Part shown: in pieces, positions 1-7,450 of the stretch
Position numbering within the stretch: the first letter of the stretch is position 1
How the letters are laid out: each line of letters opens with the position of its first letter
Assembly (NCBI GenBank): GCA_052386995.1
Contig: JBQTJP010000294.1
Location: forward strand, 1 to 14,780
Direction: 5' to 3'
Source of the DNA: Armatimonadota bacterium
GTDB lineage: Bacteria > Sysuimicrobiota > Sysuimicrobiia > Sysuimicrobiales > Humicultoraceae
DNA: 14,780 nucleotides
Made by a program: the position numbers and the translations under genes
The notes under the pieces: model-generated
The model's input: only the letters and a program-made list of their open reading frames with translations
What the model was told of the DNA's origin: nothing
Databases searched by the model: none

Positions 1-346
1 TCCAGAAACGCAGCGGGAGGATAAGCTGCAGCTCGTCAAAGTTCCGGCGGATCGAGAGCTGCAGGAACCGGTCGAGATCGACCTCCCAGACGCCACCGGT
101 ATCATCCAAATAGCAGAGGCCATCCACACGCAACGCTTGCAACTGGTTGAGGACTGGCAAGCTGGCTGACCAGCCGCCAAGCAACCTGAAGAAATGCTTG
201 TCCCACCTGACCCGCCGCAAAAAGACTCGGCGGCCGTCTTTGACTATGAGTTTTCCTATGACACGACGACCGGCGCGCACCAGCGGGCAGAGAGGCGCTT
301 GACGCGGCGACTGCGAACCGACAACATGAGAAACGACCGCTTCCAT
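1..346 (-). CDS. Hypothetical phage/ICE-type protein, partial (runs off the left edge)
   Basis: Absent from the ORF track because there is no stop in the window. ATG at 346 preceded by GGAG; 115 open codons: MEAVVSHVVGSQSPRQAPLCPLVRAGRRVIGKLIVKDGRRVFLRRVRWDKHFFRLLGGWSASLPVLNQLQALRVDGLCYLDDTGGVWEVDLDRFLQLSIRRNFDELQLILPLRFW. Co-oriented downstream of the XRE gene. Confidence 0.7.
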   Translation of the reverse strand, partial: MEAVVSHVVGSQSPRQAPLCPLVRAGRRVIGKLIVKDGRRVFLRRVRWDKHFFRLLGGWSASLPVLNQLQALRVDGLCYLDDTGGVWEVDLDRFLQLSIRRNFDELQLILPLRFW

Positions 347-363
347 ACACACCACGCTCCCTC

Positions 364-411
364 CGAGCGACCCACGCTGACCAGGCTGACGGGTCGCTCG
401 CAGTTTTTCTT
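364..411 (+). terminator. 10-bp stem hairpin followed by a T-tract (antisense to the local genes)
   Basis: CGAGCGACCC (364-373) pairs perfectly with GGGTCGCTCG (391-400), 17-nt loop, then CAGTTTTTCTT. Confidence 0.45.
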
Positions 412-422
412 GTGCCGTGCCC

Positions 423-605
423 CTACGAAGCGCTGAGCTCGGCCTCAGTCACCTTGAGTGCCCGCGCCAATCGGCGAAGCTGCGGCCGGTATGGCTGAAG
501 TCGTCCCTGCTCGATGCGGCTAATGTCCGCCGGATGAATACGTGAGCGGCGACCAAGTTCAACCTGCGACCAGCCGCGCTGCTCCCGAAGCGATCGCACC
601 TTCAT
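423..605 (-). CDS. XRE/Cro-family helix-turn-helix regulator (60 aa)
   Basis: MKVRSLREQRGWSQVELGRRSRIHPADISRIEQGRLQPYRPQLRRLARALKV fits the HTH_3 pattern. ATG 605 has a G-rich upstream (GGGGTGGGAAGT); the ORF-track start at 665 overlaps the divergent gene. Confidence 0.9.
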   Translation of the reverse strand: MKVRSLREQRGWSQVELGRRSRIHPADISRIEQGRLQPYRPQLRRLARALKVTEAELSAS

Positions 606-663
606 ACTTCCCACCCCCGTCTGCAGGACTAGTCCTACACTCTCACGAAGGCCGTCATCGCGC

Positions 664-1581
664 ATGTCTCCCGTCTCTCAGATTGATGACACTTACTTCG
701 TTGGGTATTCCGTCCGGCATGGCGTGCGGCACCGTGCGAAGCGCCGGGTCGCATTCCAGGTGGACGAACGTGTATGGCTCTGGGGGAATGACGCTGGCAC
801 ACCCCAGTGGCGGCCGGCTGGGAGCTGCGCAGTTGGACTTTTGGCTGGCAAGCCGGACTCGCAGATCCTGTGGGACCTGCTGTCACCGCTGGAGCCCCAG
901 GCATGGGCGGAGCGGCAGATGCGCCAAGCTGCCGTCTTCTGTCGATCGCTTATCAAGGCGGTCCGGAACGGCCAGGGAGGCACGCTCTCTCCCAAGCTGG
1001 ACGACGACCTAATCCGCTATTGGCTGCGGGTCAAACCATTGCCGCTGCGGATGAGCCGGGTGTGGGATCAGCGGGAAACTACGCAGACCTTCGTGAGCAC
1101 ACCTGAGACTGTCCTGGTGCTTTCTACCTGGTTCGGTCTGCTGGCCAGACGCCTGCGCCGATGCGAGCGGTGTCACGATCCGTTCCTACGGCCAAACTCC
1201 CGCTCTCGGCGCCGGTTGTGTCCAGACTGTTCACGGCCTCTCGAAGAGTTCGACTCCGTGATGCCCAGGGCTTCGCAACTGAACACCGACGAGGCTCGGA
1301 GGCAGTGGCGTCTATTCCGTGCACGGACGAATCAGCGAGCCCATCGGGCCAAAGAGGGGGGGGCTCGCCCAGACGCTCCTCAACTCACGGCGGCCGCCCG
1401 ACAGCGCATGGTCTTACGGGCCTTCGCGGATCTCAAGCGCAAGGAAGCAGGACGGATGACCAACGCGGCGTGGGAGGCTAAATGGGGCAAAGGAGCACAG
1501 CTGCCCCTCGGCCGGCCTCTGGGAATGCTGGGCGCGCTAGGCGGACGCCGACCAGACCGCAGCAAGCGGTCGAGGACATGA
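664..1581 (+). CDS. Hypothetical protein with CxxC...CxxC zinc-finger-like motif (CGNR-like), possible regulator
   Basis: 305-aa ORF divergent from the XRE gene; motif RLRRCERCHDPFLRPNSRSRRRLCPDC followed by a basic helix. Confidence 0.65.
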   Translation: MSPVSQIDDTYFVGYSVRHGVRHRAKRRVAFQVDERVWLWGNDAGTPQWRPAGSCAVGLLAGKPDSQILWDLLSPLEPQAWAERQMRQAAVFCRSLIKAVRNGQGGTLSPKLDDDLIRYWLRVKPLPLRMSRVWDQRETTQTFVSTPETVLVLSTWFGLLARRLRRCERCHDPFLRPNSRSRRRLCPDCSRPLEEFDSVMPRASQLNTDEARRQWRLFRARTNQRAHRAKEGGARPDAPQLTAAARQRMVLRAFADLKRKEAGRMTNAAWEAKWGKGAQLPLGRPLGMLGALGGRRPDRSKRSRT

Positions 1582-1805
1582 GCCCGGAGCAGAGGGATCT
1601 GTGGCGCATTCACTTGGCCGACCAGGTATCGGTCATCGTGGAACAGCAGCTCGCTGAGGATGTGGCCTGGGCCGAGGGTCAAGGCTTTGATGCCGACGTT
1701 ATCCGTCGCGCTGCCAGGCTGGGCATCGGGTCTGGTATCCGCCTGCATGAAGTGCTTGAGATCTATCGCAAGGATGAAGACAGCCGGCTCGTGCAGCCCC
1801 CATAG
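1578..1805 (+). CDS. Small hypothetical protein (75 aa)
   Basis: ATGA overlap with the upstream stop and GAGG before it; MSPEQRDLWRIHLADQVSVIVEQQLAEDVAWAEGQGFDADVIRRAARLG... has protein-like composition. Confidence 0.65.
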   Translation: MSPEQRDLWRIHLADQVSVIVEQQLAEDVAWAEGQGFDADVIRRAARLGIGSGIRLHEVLEIYRKDEDSRLVQPP

Positions 1806-1817
1806 GAGGTGGACGGA

Positions 1818-1964
1818 ATGGATGGTCCAAAACCACGGCAAAGCCAGCATGAAGAGGTGCTGCCACCCTCGCAGGAACCGCGTCAGACGGCCCTTAGCTC
1901 AGGTGGTGAGAGCGCGCCCCTGATAAGGGCGAGGTCGGTGGTTCGAGTCCACCAGGGCCCACCA
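1818..1964 (+). other. RBS-led ORF start reading through the tRNA sequence; candidate N-terminal fragment of a gene split at attP
   Basis: AGGAGGT at 1804-1810, ATG 7 nt later. The frame stays open through the tRNA (...QTALSSGGESAPLIRARSVVRVHQGPP). Confidence 0.45.
1888..1964 (+). tRNA. tRNA-Ile (GAT), 77 nt with encoded CCA; C1:C72 mismatch, possibly an att-derived chimeric copy
   Basis: D stem GCTC/GAGC, anticodon stem CGCCC/GGGCG with loop CTGATAA (GAT 1922-1924), T arm GGTGG-TTCGAGT-CCACC, acceptor CGGCCCT/AGGGCCC, A73, CCA 1962-1964. Confidence 0.93.
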
Positions 1965-3219
1965 GCAGCAGTTTGGTCGACGTGGGTTTCCGCCCGCGTC
2001 GTTTTCTTTCGAGTCCGTCACTTCGGAACTCGTTCCGGAACGAGTTGGTTGGTCGATCGCCCGGCACGGCAGCAACGCCGACTGCCCAGGCGCCGGGCGC
2101 GTAAACCGCGGGTTCCTCCCGCGCCGCCGCCGTGCCCCACCGACGGACGTGGCGCTCTGCCTCGTAGCCGTTGTGGGCCCGGCATCGCAGCTCGATGTTG
2201 TCCACGGTGGACGGCCCCCCACTCGCATACGGCACGACGTGGTGGAACTCGAGAAAACCCTCTTCGGCGCACCGTCGTCCATTGGTCGACGCAAACGCGC
2301 AGCATCCACCGTCACGGGCCCAGACGGCGCGTCTGACGGCCGCGGGGATGTGGCGTGAGCTCGGGAGGGAGTTCGGCTCGGCCCCGGAGGCCTGCTTCCG
2401 ATTCCCACGAGGGCGGGCCGTCGCCGCGAGCTTCTGCTTGCGGAGGTTGGCGAGCAGCGCTTCCAGCGCCCGATCGAAGATCTTCTCGAGATCGCCGTCC
2501 GGAATCTGATGCCGCAAGAGCGCCTGCGCCTCTCGCAGCTTGGTGTGTAATGCTGCGCTCGCCGTAAACTGCACTTTGTAGCGCTCGGGCGCGAGTGGAC
2601 TGACGGCCGCCCGTCGCGCAGCTGGCGGCGTGGGAGGCACGGCAGGTGCCGGCATCGCAGACGGTGCGACGGCAGGCATGGTCTCAAAAGCGTCGTCCCC
2701 CCGTGCCGTGCCCGGCGCATCCTGCGCCCCGACCGGCAGCGGCGATTTGCTCGCCGCCTGCGTCCGGGTCGGGAGCTTGCGAATCACATCGGGGACCGGC
2801 GGCTGCGGGCGCAGCCGGGCGATGAGCTCTTCGATCTCCCGCTTGCTCTTGTGGCGCGCCAGAGCCAGCACGCTGCGGTGATTCTCCAGGGTCAGGTGCG
2901 GGGCCAGCAGGCGGATCGCGAAGAGCGTCACCCATCCCGCGGCCAGGTGCTCGAGGAGCACCGGAAATTGGCGCACCGTCCGCGCCGTCTCGATGCGGTT
3001 GTAGGTGGCGTGCTCGGAGAGATGGAGCACGTCCGTACAGTACTTGAACAGCGAGGGGTAGCCTTCCGCGAGATACAGTCGCCGCTGGTCGAGCTCCGCG
3101 AGGTGGGCAATGAGGGCGACGGTCGCCTCCCGCTCACGCTGCGCCAGATCTTTCACCTGTGCGAGGAGATCAAGATCGGAGAGCCGCCCCACACGTGCGA
3201 GCACGTCATTGGTATCCAT
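1894..3219 (-). CDS. DUF222-like / HNH endonuclease domain protein
   Basis: N-terminus LSDLDLL..REREATVALIAHLAELDQRRLY..GYPSLFKYC..L.LSE..YNRI; Pro/Ala linker; HNH domain RHIPAAVRRAVWARDGGCC..C..LEFHHVVPYASGGPSTVDNIELRCRAHN. The tail runs antisense through the tRNA and may not be native. Confidence 0.9.
   Translation of the reverse strand: MDTNDVLARVGRLSDLDLLAQVKDLAQREREATVALIAHLAELDQRRLYLAEGYPSLFKYCTDVLHLSEHATYNRIETARTVRQFPVLLEHLAAGWVTLFAIRLLAPHLTLENHRSVLALARHKSKREIEELIARLRPQPPVPDVIRKLPTRTQAASKSPLPVGAQDAPGTARGDDAFETMPAVAPSAMPAPAVPPTPPAARRAAVSPLAPERYKVQFTASAALHTKLREAQALLRHQIPDGDLEKIFDRALEALLANLRKQKLAATARPRGNRKQASGAEPNSLPSSRHIPAAVRRAVWARDGGCCAFASTNGRRCAEEGFLEFHHVVPYASGGPSTVDNIELRCRAHNGYEAERHVRRWGTAAAREEPAVYAPGAWAVGVAAVPGDRPTNSFRNEFRSDGLERKRRGRKPTSTKLLLVGPGGLEPPTSPLSGARSHHLS
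2027..2046. repeat. Perfect 20-bp palindrome AACTCGTTCCGGAACGAGTT (copy 1)
   Basis: Self-complementary; a second copy lies at 3453-3472. Confidence 0.9.
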
Positions 3220-3225
3220 AGTTTG

Positions 3226-3234
3226 TTTATAACA
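3226..3234 (-). promoter_or_regulatory. Extended -10 (TGT-TATAAA) for a probably leaderless HNH mRNA
   Basis: Minus strand TGTTATAAA-CAAACT-ATG; no Shine-Dalgarno before the ATG at 3219. Confidence 0.45.
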
Positions 3235-3452
3235 TGAGGTCTTCGAAGGCGCGTGGAACGTGTAGGATCACGTGCAGAGGTTCAAAATGCTCTAGAAGTC
3301 TCGCTACTCATCGCTGCGATTCTGAGGGCCTGCACGTGCGCGTGGTGAGCATCTAGGAGTGTTTCCTCGGCAGTCTCAAGATGCGGTCCGCGGACTTGTC
3401 AAGCTCCTTTGGCGAAATTTCTTTCGATCTCGCGCAGCAGGCTGCCCTCCCC

Positions 3453-3472
3453 AACTCGTTCCGGAACCAGTT
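3453..3472. repeat. 20-bp palindrome copy 2 (AACTCGTTCCGGAACCAGTT, 19/20)
   Basis: One mismatch to 2027-2046; the two copies bracket the HNH gene. Confidence 0.9.
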
Positions 3473-3529
3473 CAGTCGCCTATCTCACCGAGGCAGAGTT
3501 GCCTGCCGCGGGCTCAAGAAGGTTGGGCA

Positions 3530-3559
3530 GGTTCGAACGTCTCTGATAATGGTCCACCA
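3530..3559 (+). repeat. att-like repeat copy 1 (short)
   Basis: GGTTCGAACGTCTCTGATAATGGTCCACCA, 28/30 identical to 4306-4335; the minus strand reads WWTIIRDVRT and then diverges. Confidence 0.85.
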
Positions 3560-4220
3560 AGCAACGCGGGATTCCGATCCCGACGTTCTCGGCTTGCGAG
3601 CCCCAGGTACAACAAAAGCAGATCAGCTAGCTCTGGCGAGGCGTTGGGAGCGGTTTCAACAGCGTGACGTCAGTTTCAAGGCTCTTGAGGCGGTGGGGAT
3701 GTATGGCGAGGTGGATTTGGAGTTTGGCGAGGGACAGTTCGCGCCAAAGCCGCGAGGCTGGACGACCGGCCCGGATGACTTCGAGCCCCAGATCGGCAAT
3801 ACGCTCGTGTACAGCGTGCCGCTCTTGGAAAACGGTGAGTACCTTCAGCAACTCAAGGGGCAGTGGCTTCCCTACTATGATGAGGCTAGGCGGCGGATGC
3901 GCCTCGCCGCGGTCCGCAGCTACTTTCAGAATAACCTCGACCACATCCGGCTCTTTATCGAGCACCAGCTGTACTTTCAGTCTTTCGATCGCGTGTACAA
4001 TATGTTTCACGAATTCCTCCAGGCTCTTTTCATCGCCCGGCGGACATATCCCATCCCCCATCACAAGTGGATTCGGGAGCAGGTAGCGGAGATTCTCGGG
4101 TTGCCAGACCTCTATCAGAAGTTACCGAAGCTCTTTGAGATCCGCCAATTCGAGAGCCGGGAGATCGCTGAGAAAGCTAACGTCCTCGCTGGGTTGCTAG
4201 AAGAGTACGCTGTCGAGTAG
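3558..4220 (+). pseudogene. 5'-truncated nucleotidyltransferase-domain protein (pol-beta superfamily with helical C-terminal domain)
   Basis: Protein-like sequence starts right after the repeat with ATRDSDPDV (the SDxD part of the GS.ARG...SDxD motif; the GS.ARG half is missing) and ends with a helical FLQALFIARRTYP...KWIREQ domain. The ORF-track extension from 3381 runs through the palindrome and the repeat. Confidence 0.7.
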
Positions 4221-4228
4221 GTCGTGGG

Positions 4229-4376
4229 GGGAACAATTTTCGCCATGCCGCCTGGCCAAGCAACTCCCTAATCACGTCCACCTGCAGCGGGTGCTGCTTC
4301 AGAGAGGTTCGAAGATCTCTGATAATGGTCCACCAGCAGTTTGAAGATCTCCGGGTCAGGTCCCACCATGCTGGAC
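4229..4376 (-). repeat. att-like repeat copy 2: degenerate LexA-like box + 30-codon C-terminal fragment + tandem second unit
   Basis: 4335->4246 encodes WWTIIRDLRTSLKQHPLQVDVIRELLGQAA, then TGG where the other copies have a stop. Second unit GTTTGA-N18-CCACCA at 4339-4368, then TGGAC. Confidence 0.85.
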
Positions 4377-4478
4377 GCTTTCAGTTTCGGCAGCACTTCA
4401 AAAGTTGGAATCGGGTGCAGACGTGGCTTCGGCCAGGCGCTCGACACAGAGGCGTGGCGTCACTCTGAGGGTGCGGAT

Positions 4479-5261
4479 TCATGCCTCCAGGAACACGATC
4501 ACCTCACGGAGGAACAATTCGGGTGCTGTCGTCATGGCAATGTGTCCTTGACCTGGCATGACGACGACGTGACTATTGGGAAGTACCGAGGCCAGCCGCT
4601 CAGTGGGCTTCTTGAGGACTGACGGACTGTTTTCTCCGAGGAGCAGGAGCGTGGGAACGGCAAGTCTGCGGAACCGGTCGGGGTCAAATACGTAGTCGGC
4701 GTCGGCCATCTCTCGCACAACGGTGTGCGCAGCGGCTAACCGCGCTTGCCAGGCGGGCTCGGCTCGCAGGCGTGCGATCTCCTTCTCCGACACGTGGACC
4801 GTGTCCCGAAAGAACGTCACGAGGAGAAGATCGCGGTCTCCTTGTTTGAGGAGCGCCTGAAGCTTTTCTTCCGCCCCAGGCGGATATGTCTCTATCCCCT
4901 CCACAGGGAAGGCTGGCTCATAGAGAACCAGCTTGTTGAGATGGGTAGTCCGGAGAGCTGCTTCCATGGCGCAGAGGGCCCCATAGGAGTGGCCAAGCAG
5001 GTTGACCCGTGATCCGGCGGCGTTCACGACGGCGGCCACGTCCTCAAACTCGCGCTCAAGAGCGTAGGGCTCTGCGTCCCCGCTCTCACCCCGTCCCCGC
5101 CGGTCCATCGCATAGACCGTGAAATGCTGCTCCAATGCTGCAAGTACGAGCGACCATCGGGTATGGTCTGCCGTCGTGCCATGCACCAGGACCAGCGGAG
5201 ACCCCTTTCCGCTGCGCTGATAGGCTATGGGGGTGCCGTCGTTGGATTTGACTGTTTCCAC
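4479..5261 (-). CDS. Alpha/beta fold hydrolase
   Basis: GTG start with AGGAGG; motifs LVLVHG, DRRGRGES, GHSYG nucleophile elbow and C-terminal GQGH. Confidence 0.93.
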   Translation of the reverse strand: METVKSNDGTPIAYQRSGKGSPLVLVHGTTADHTRWSLVLAALEQHFTVYAMDRRGRGESGDAEPYALEREFEDVAAVVNAAGSRVNLLGHSYGALCAMEAALRTTHLNKLVLYEPAFPVEGIETYPPGAEEKLQALLKQGDRDLLLVTFFRDTVHVSEKEIARLRAEPAWQARLAAAHTVVREMADADYVFDPDRFRRLAVPTLLLLGENSPSVLKKPTERLASVLPNSHVVVMPGQGHIAMTTAPELFLREVIVFLEA

Positions 5262-5305
5262 GGGTGCCCTCCTGTTAGCACTTCAACTGATCAGGTTCTG
5301 AGGGG

Positions 5306-5351
5306 AGTATAGGTGTCGGGAGACCGCGGCGTCATCGACCGGGCAGTCTAT
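5306..5351 (-). promoter_or_regulatory. Putative promoter/operator of the hydrolase
   Basis: Minus strand: imperfect 18-bp palindrome ATAGACTGCCCGGTCGAT overlapping ATGACG, 18-nt spacer, TATACT. Confidence 0.55.
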
Positions 5352-6940
5352 TTTGCGCCTTCCGGTCGAGTCTCGAGCAGGCCGTGCTGCATCGCAAACA
5401 ACGCGGCGCCGGCACGGGTGGATGCGTCGATCTTGTTGTAGATATGCAGGACGTGATGGTGGACGGTGTGGTTTGAGATGACAAGCGTTCCTGCGATTTC
5501 CTTGTTGGATCGACCTCGGGCAAGCAAACGGAGCACTTCAACCTCTCGGTCGGTCAAATTGGCAGGCCAGGCGGCCCTGATTCGGCCTGGCGGATGACCG
5601 GCGGCTTCCAGCACCGCGGCGACCGCCTCGCGGTCCAGCTTCCCGGCTGCCGCTTCATCCTGCAAGGTCCTGGCTGCTTCGGATCGGGTCAAGGCCGGCC
5701 GGTGGGGGCGTTCCTCGGTCATCGCGTGGTACGCATCGGCGGCGGCAAGCACCCTCGCGGGCGCCGGCAGCGATGCTGCCGAGATCCCCCGATGATAGCC
5801 GGACCCGTCGAGGCGCTCGTGATGCATGCCCGCCACGGTGGCAATACGAGCAAGTGCGGCGGAGCGGGAGATGATTCGCTCGCTGTGGTAAGCATGCAGT
5901 CGAACCTGTTCCCACTCTCCCGCGCTCAGCGGCCCACGCTTTTCCCAGATCCCGTTGGGTACGCCTACCCGTCCGAGGTCGTGAAGGAGGGCAGCGCGCC
6001 CCGTGGTGGCGACGGCCGCCTCGTCGAAGCCAACCAGTCGCGCCGCCGCCTCGGCCAGCGCAGCGACGCCGGACGAGTGCCCGTGAAGAAAGGGTGTCTT
6101 GAGATCGACCATGTCGGCAAACACGCGGGCGACCTCATCCATCCGGGAATCGTCTATCCTGCGACGCGGCTCTGGCTCGGCCTCCAGGCAGGCCCCCCAG
6201 GCATCGAGAGAGGAGAGCTCGTTCAGCACCGAGAGGCCCTGGCGGAGCACGATGTCCGCGATGCCCGGGTCGAAGGCAGCGCCCGATCGCCGGCGCACGA
6301 CCTCGAGGGCCACCTGTGCGCCCCCCAGCTTGGCAAACAGCAGCACCTGCACCGCGATCTGAGCGAAGCGCGCAGTCGCGGCGATCCTGTCTCCGACCAG
6401 ATGCTGCGGGATTCCTTTACCGTCCCAGCGTTCGAAGAGCTGGTAGAGACCCTCCTGGACCGCGGCGCCGAGCCCAAGGCGTCCGGCCATGCTGGCGCCG
6501 ACCTCGCAGGTCGCGGTGGTCAGCCCCTCGCCGATGCGACTCCCACGGGTCAACGCGGTGGCGATGGCACGTGCCCGCTTGAACGGGGGAGCGGTCTTTG
6601 CTACCTGGAACAGCGAAAACCGCAGCGCCTCCCTGGGATTGGTGAAGTCGATGCTTTCGGTGGCGCTTCTGAACACAATGTCATCTCCTCCGAAGTGAGC
6701 GGCGGCTTCGTGCGCCGCCGCCGTGCACCCGAGGTGTGCAAGCAGCGTGGTGTAGTAGATCCCGGCCACGTCGGGCCCAGTCAGACCCATCTGCCGGGCC
6801 AGGGTGGTCGCAAACAGACAGGCCCGCAAGGCCTCTTCCGGCGGGTGCCCCATGCCCAGGTCCGTCACCAGGGAGAGGGCGGCCATCAGGTCCGCAAGGC
6901 GGAACTCCGCCGGCGTCCGGGCGGGCCCTGGATTCAGCAC
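5348..6940 (-). CDS. HD-GYP-like phosphohydrolase domain protein with C-terminal LuxR HTH
   Basis: Degenerate first HD domain (LLAHLGC...ERWDGKG), second domain LLHDLG...HHERLDGSGYHRG...AAADAY, and LuxR HTH LTDREVEVLRLLARGRSNKEIA...TVHHHVLHIYNKI. Confidence 0.93.
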   Translation of the reverse strand: MLNPGPARTPAEFRLADLMAALSLVTDLGMGHPPEEALRACLFATTLARQMGLTGPDVAGIYYTTLLAHLGCTAAAHEAAAHFGGDDIVFRSATESIDFTNPREALRFSLFQVAKTAPPFKRARAIATALTRGSRIGEGLTTATCEVGASMAGRLGLGAAVQEGLYQLFERWDGKGIPQHLVGDRIAATARFAQIAVQVLLFAKLGGAQVALEVVRRRSGAAFDPGIADIVLRQGLSVLNELSSLDAWGACLEAEPEPRRRIDDSRMDEVARVFADMVDLKTPFLHGHSSGVAALAEAAARLVGFDEAAVATTGRAALLHDLGRVGVPNGIWEKRGPLSAGEWEQVRLHAYHSERIISRSAALARIATVAGMHHERLDGSGYHRGISAASLPAPARVLAAADAYHAMTEERPHRPALTRSEAARTLQDEAAAGKLDREAVAAVLEAAGHPPGRIRAAWPANLTDREVEVLRLLARGRSNKEIAGTLVISNHTVHHHVLHIYNKIDASTRAGAALFAMQHGLLETRPEGAK

Positions 6941-7010
6941 GTAGTCGGAATACGGGTCGGTGCTCTGAGTTCCTCCCAGAGATGTACGGAGCGCTATTCG
7001 CCCCGCGCCC

Positions 7011-7042
7011 GCACTTCGCGCGCCGCGCGGCGGGCGAAGCGC
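7011..7042. repeat. 32-bp GC-rich imperfect palindrome
   Basis: GCACTTCGCGCGCCGC|GCGGCGGGCGAAGCGC, 14 of 16 positions complementary. Confidence 0.7.
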
Positions 7043-7436
7043 AGCGGCTCAGGCGCGCGTGCACAGCAACGGGATGTGCGGCCACTTGCGTCCGCAGCTA
7101 GGAGCCGACAATCTCATCATGTATCCGAAGCGGGCTGGCCGCGCCCTGCTCGTCACGGGGGCCACTTACCTCTGGCCAGCAGCGTCCTGGTCGTAACGCC
7201 GACGGTCGGGATCGACAGCCTCGCCCCCAAGTGCAGCGCCAGCCCGGCTCGTCGAGGATGGTCTCGGCGGGTGGCGATCACGATCAGCACCTCAGGAACG
7301 GTCGGAGCCCGCGCACCGCTGCCTCGAAAGTCTATCTCCGCGAGACGGCTCTGGCCGACTTCGAAGTCTACTGCAGTGCGTGAGCCAGTTCGGAGTTCGG
7401 ATTGCGCGCCCGCAACTTACGGGCTATGGTAGAATA

Positions 7437-7450
7437 CGCACATCTGTTCG
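7437..7450 (-). promoter_or_regulatory. LexA (Cheo-type) box candidate
   Basis: CGAACAGATGTGCG versus consensus CGAAC-N4-GTTCG (1 mismatch), directly followed on the minus strand by TATTCT (-10-like). Confidence 0.55.

Larger units (their letters stand above)
1..1964. mobile_element. Right end of a prophage/ICE-like element integrated in tRNA-Ile (attR = tRNA-like copy)
   Basis: Cro-like XRE gene, phage-type hypotheticals, an imperfect tRNA copy with no obvious promoter, and an ORF running into it. Integrase and left end not in window. Confidence 0.55.

Noticed and set aside
3277..3310. AGAGGTTCAAAATGCTCT as a fifth att repeat
   Set aside because: Partial match to 4303-4320 only; it lacks CCACCA and the peptide, so it could be chance.
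4317..4328. CTCTGATAATGG resembling the tRNA anticodon arm CCCTGATAAGGG
   Set aside because: Not kept in copies 3 and 4 (CTGATCAAGG) and out of order relative to GTTCGA; probably coincidence.
7100..7383. Short plus-strand frames (for example ...KVYLRETALADFEVYCSA*)
   Set aside because: Possibly a decayed gene, but there is no recognisable family or consistent frame.
5594..7432. 612-aa plus-strand ORF
   Set aside because: Antisense shadow of the HD-LuxR gene in GC-rich DNA, with no recognisable motifs.
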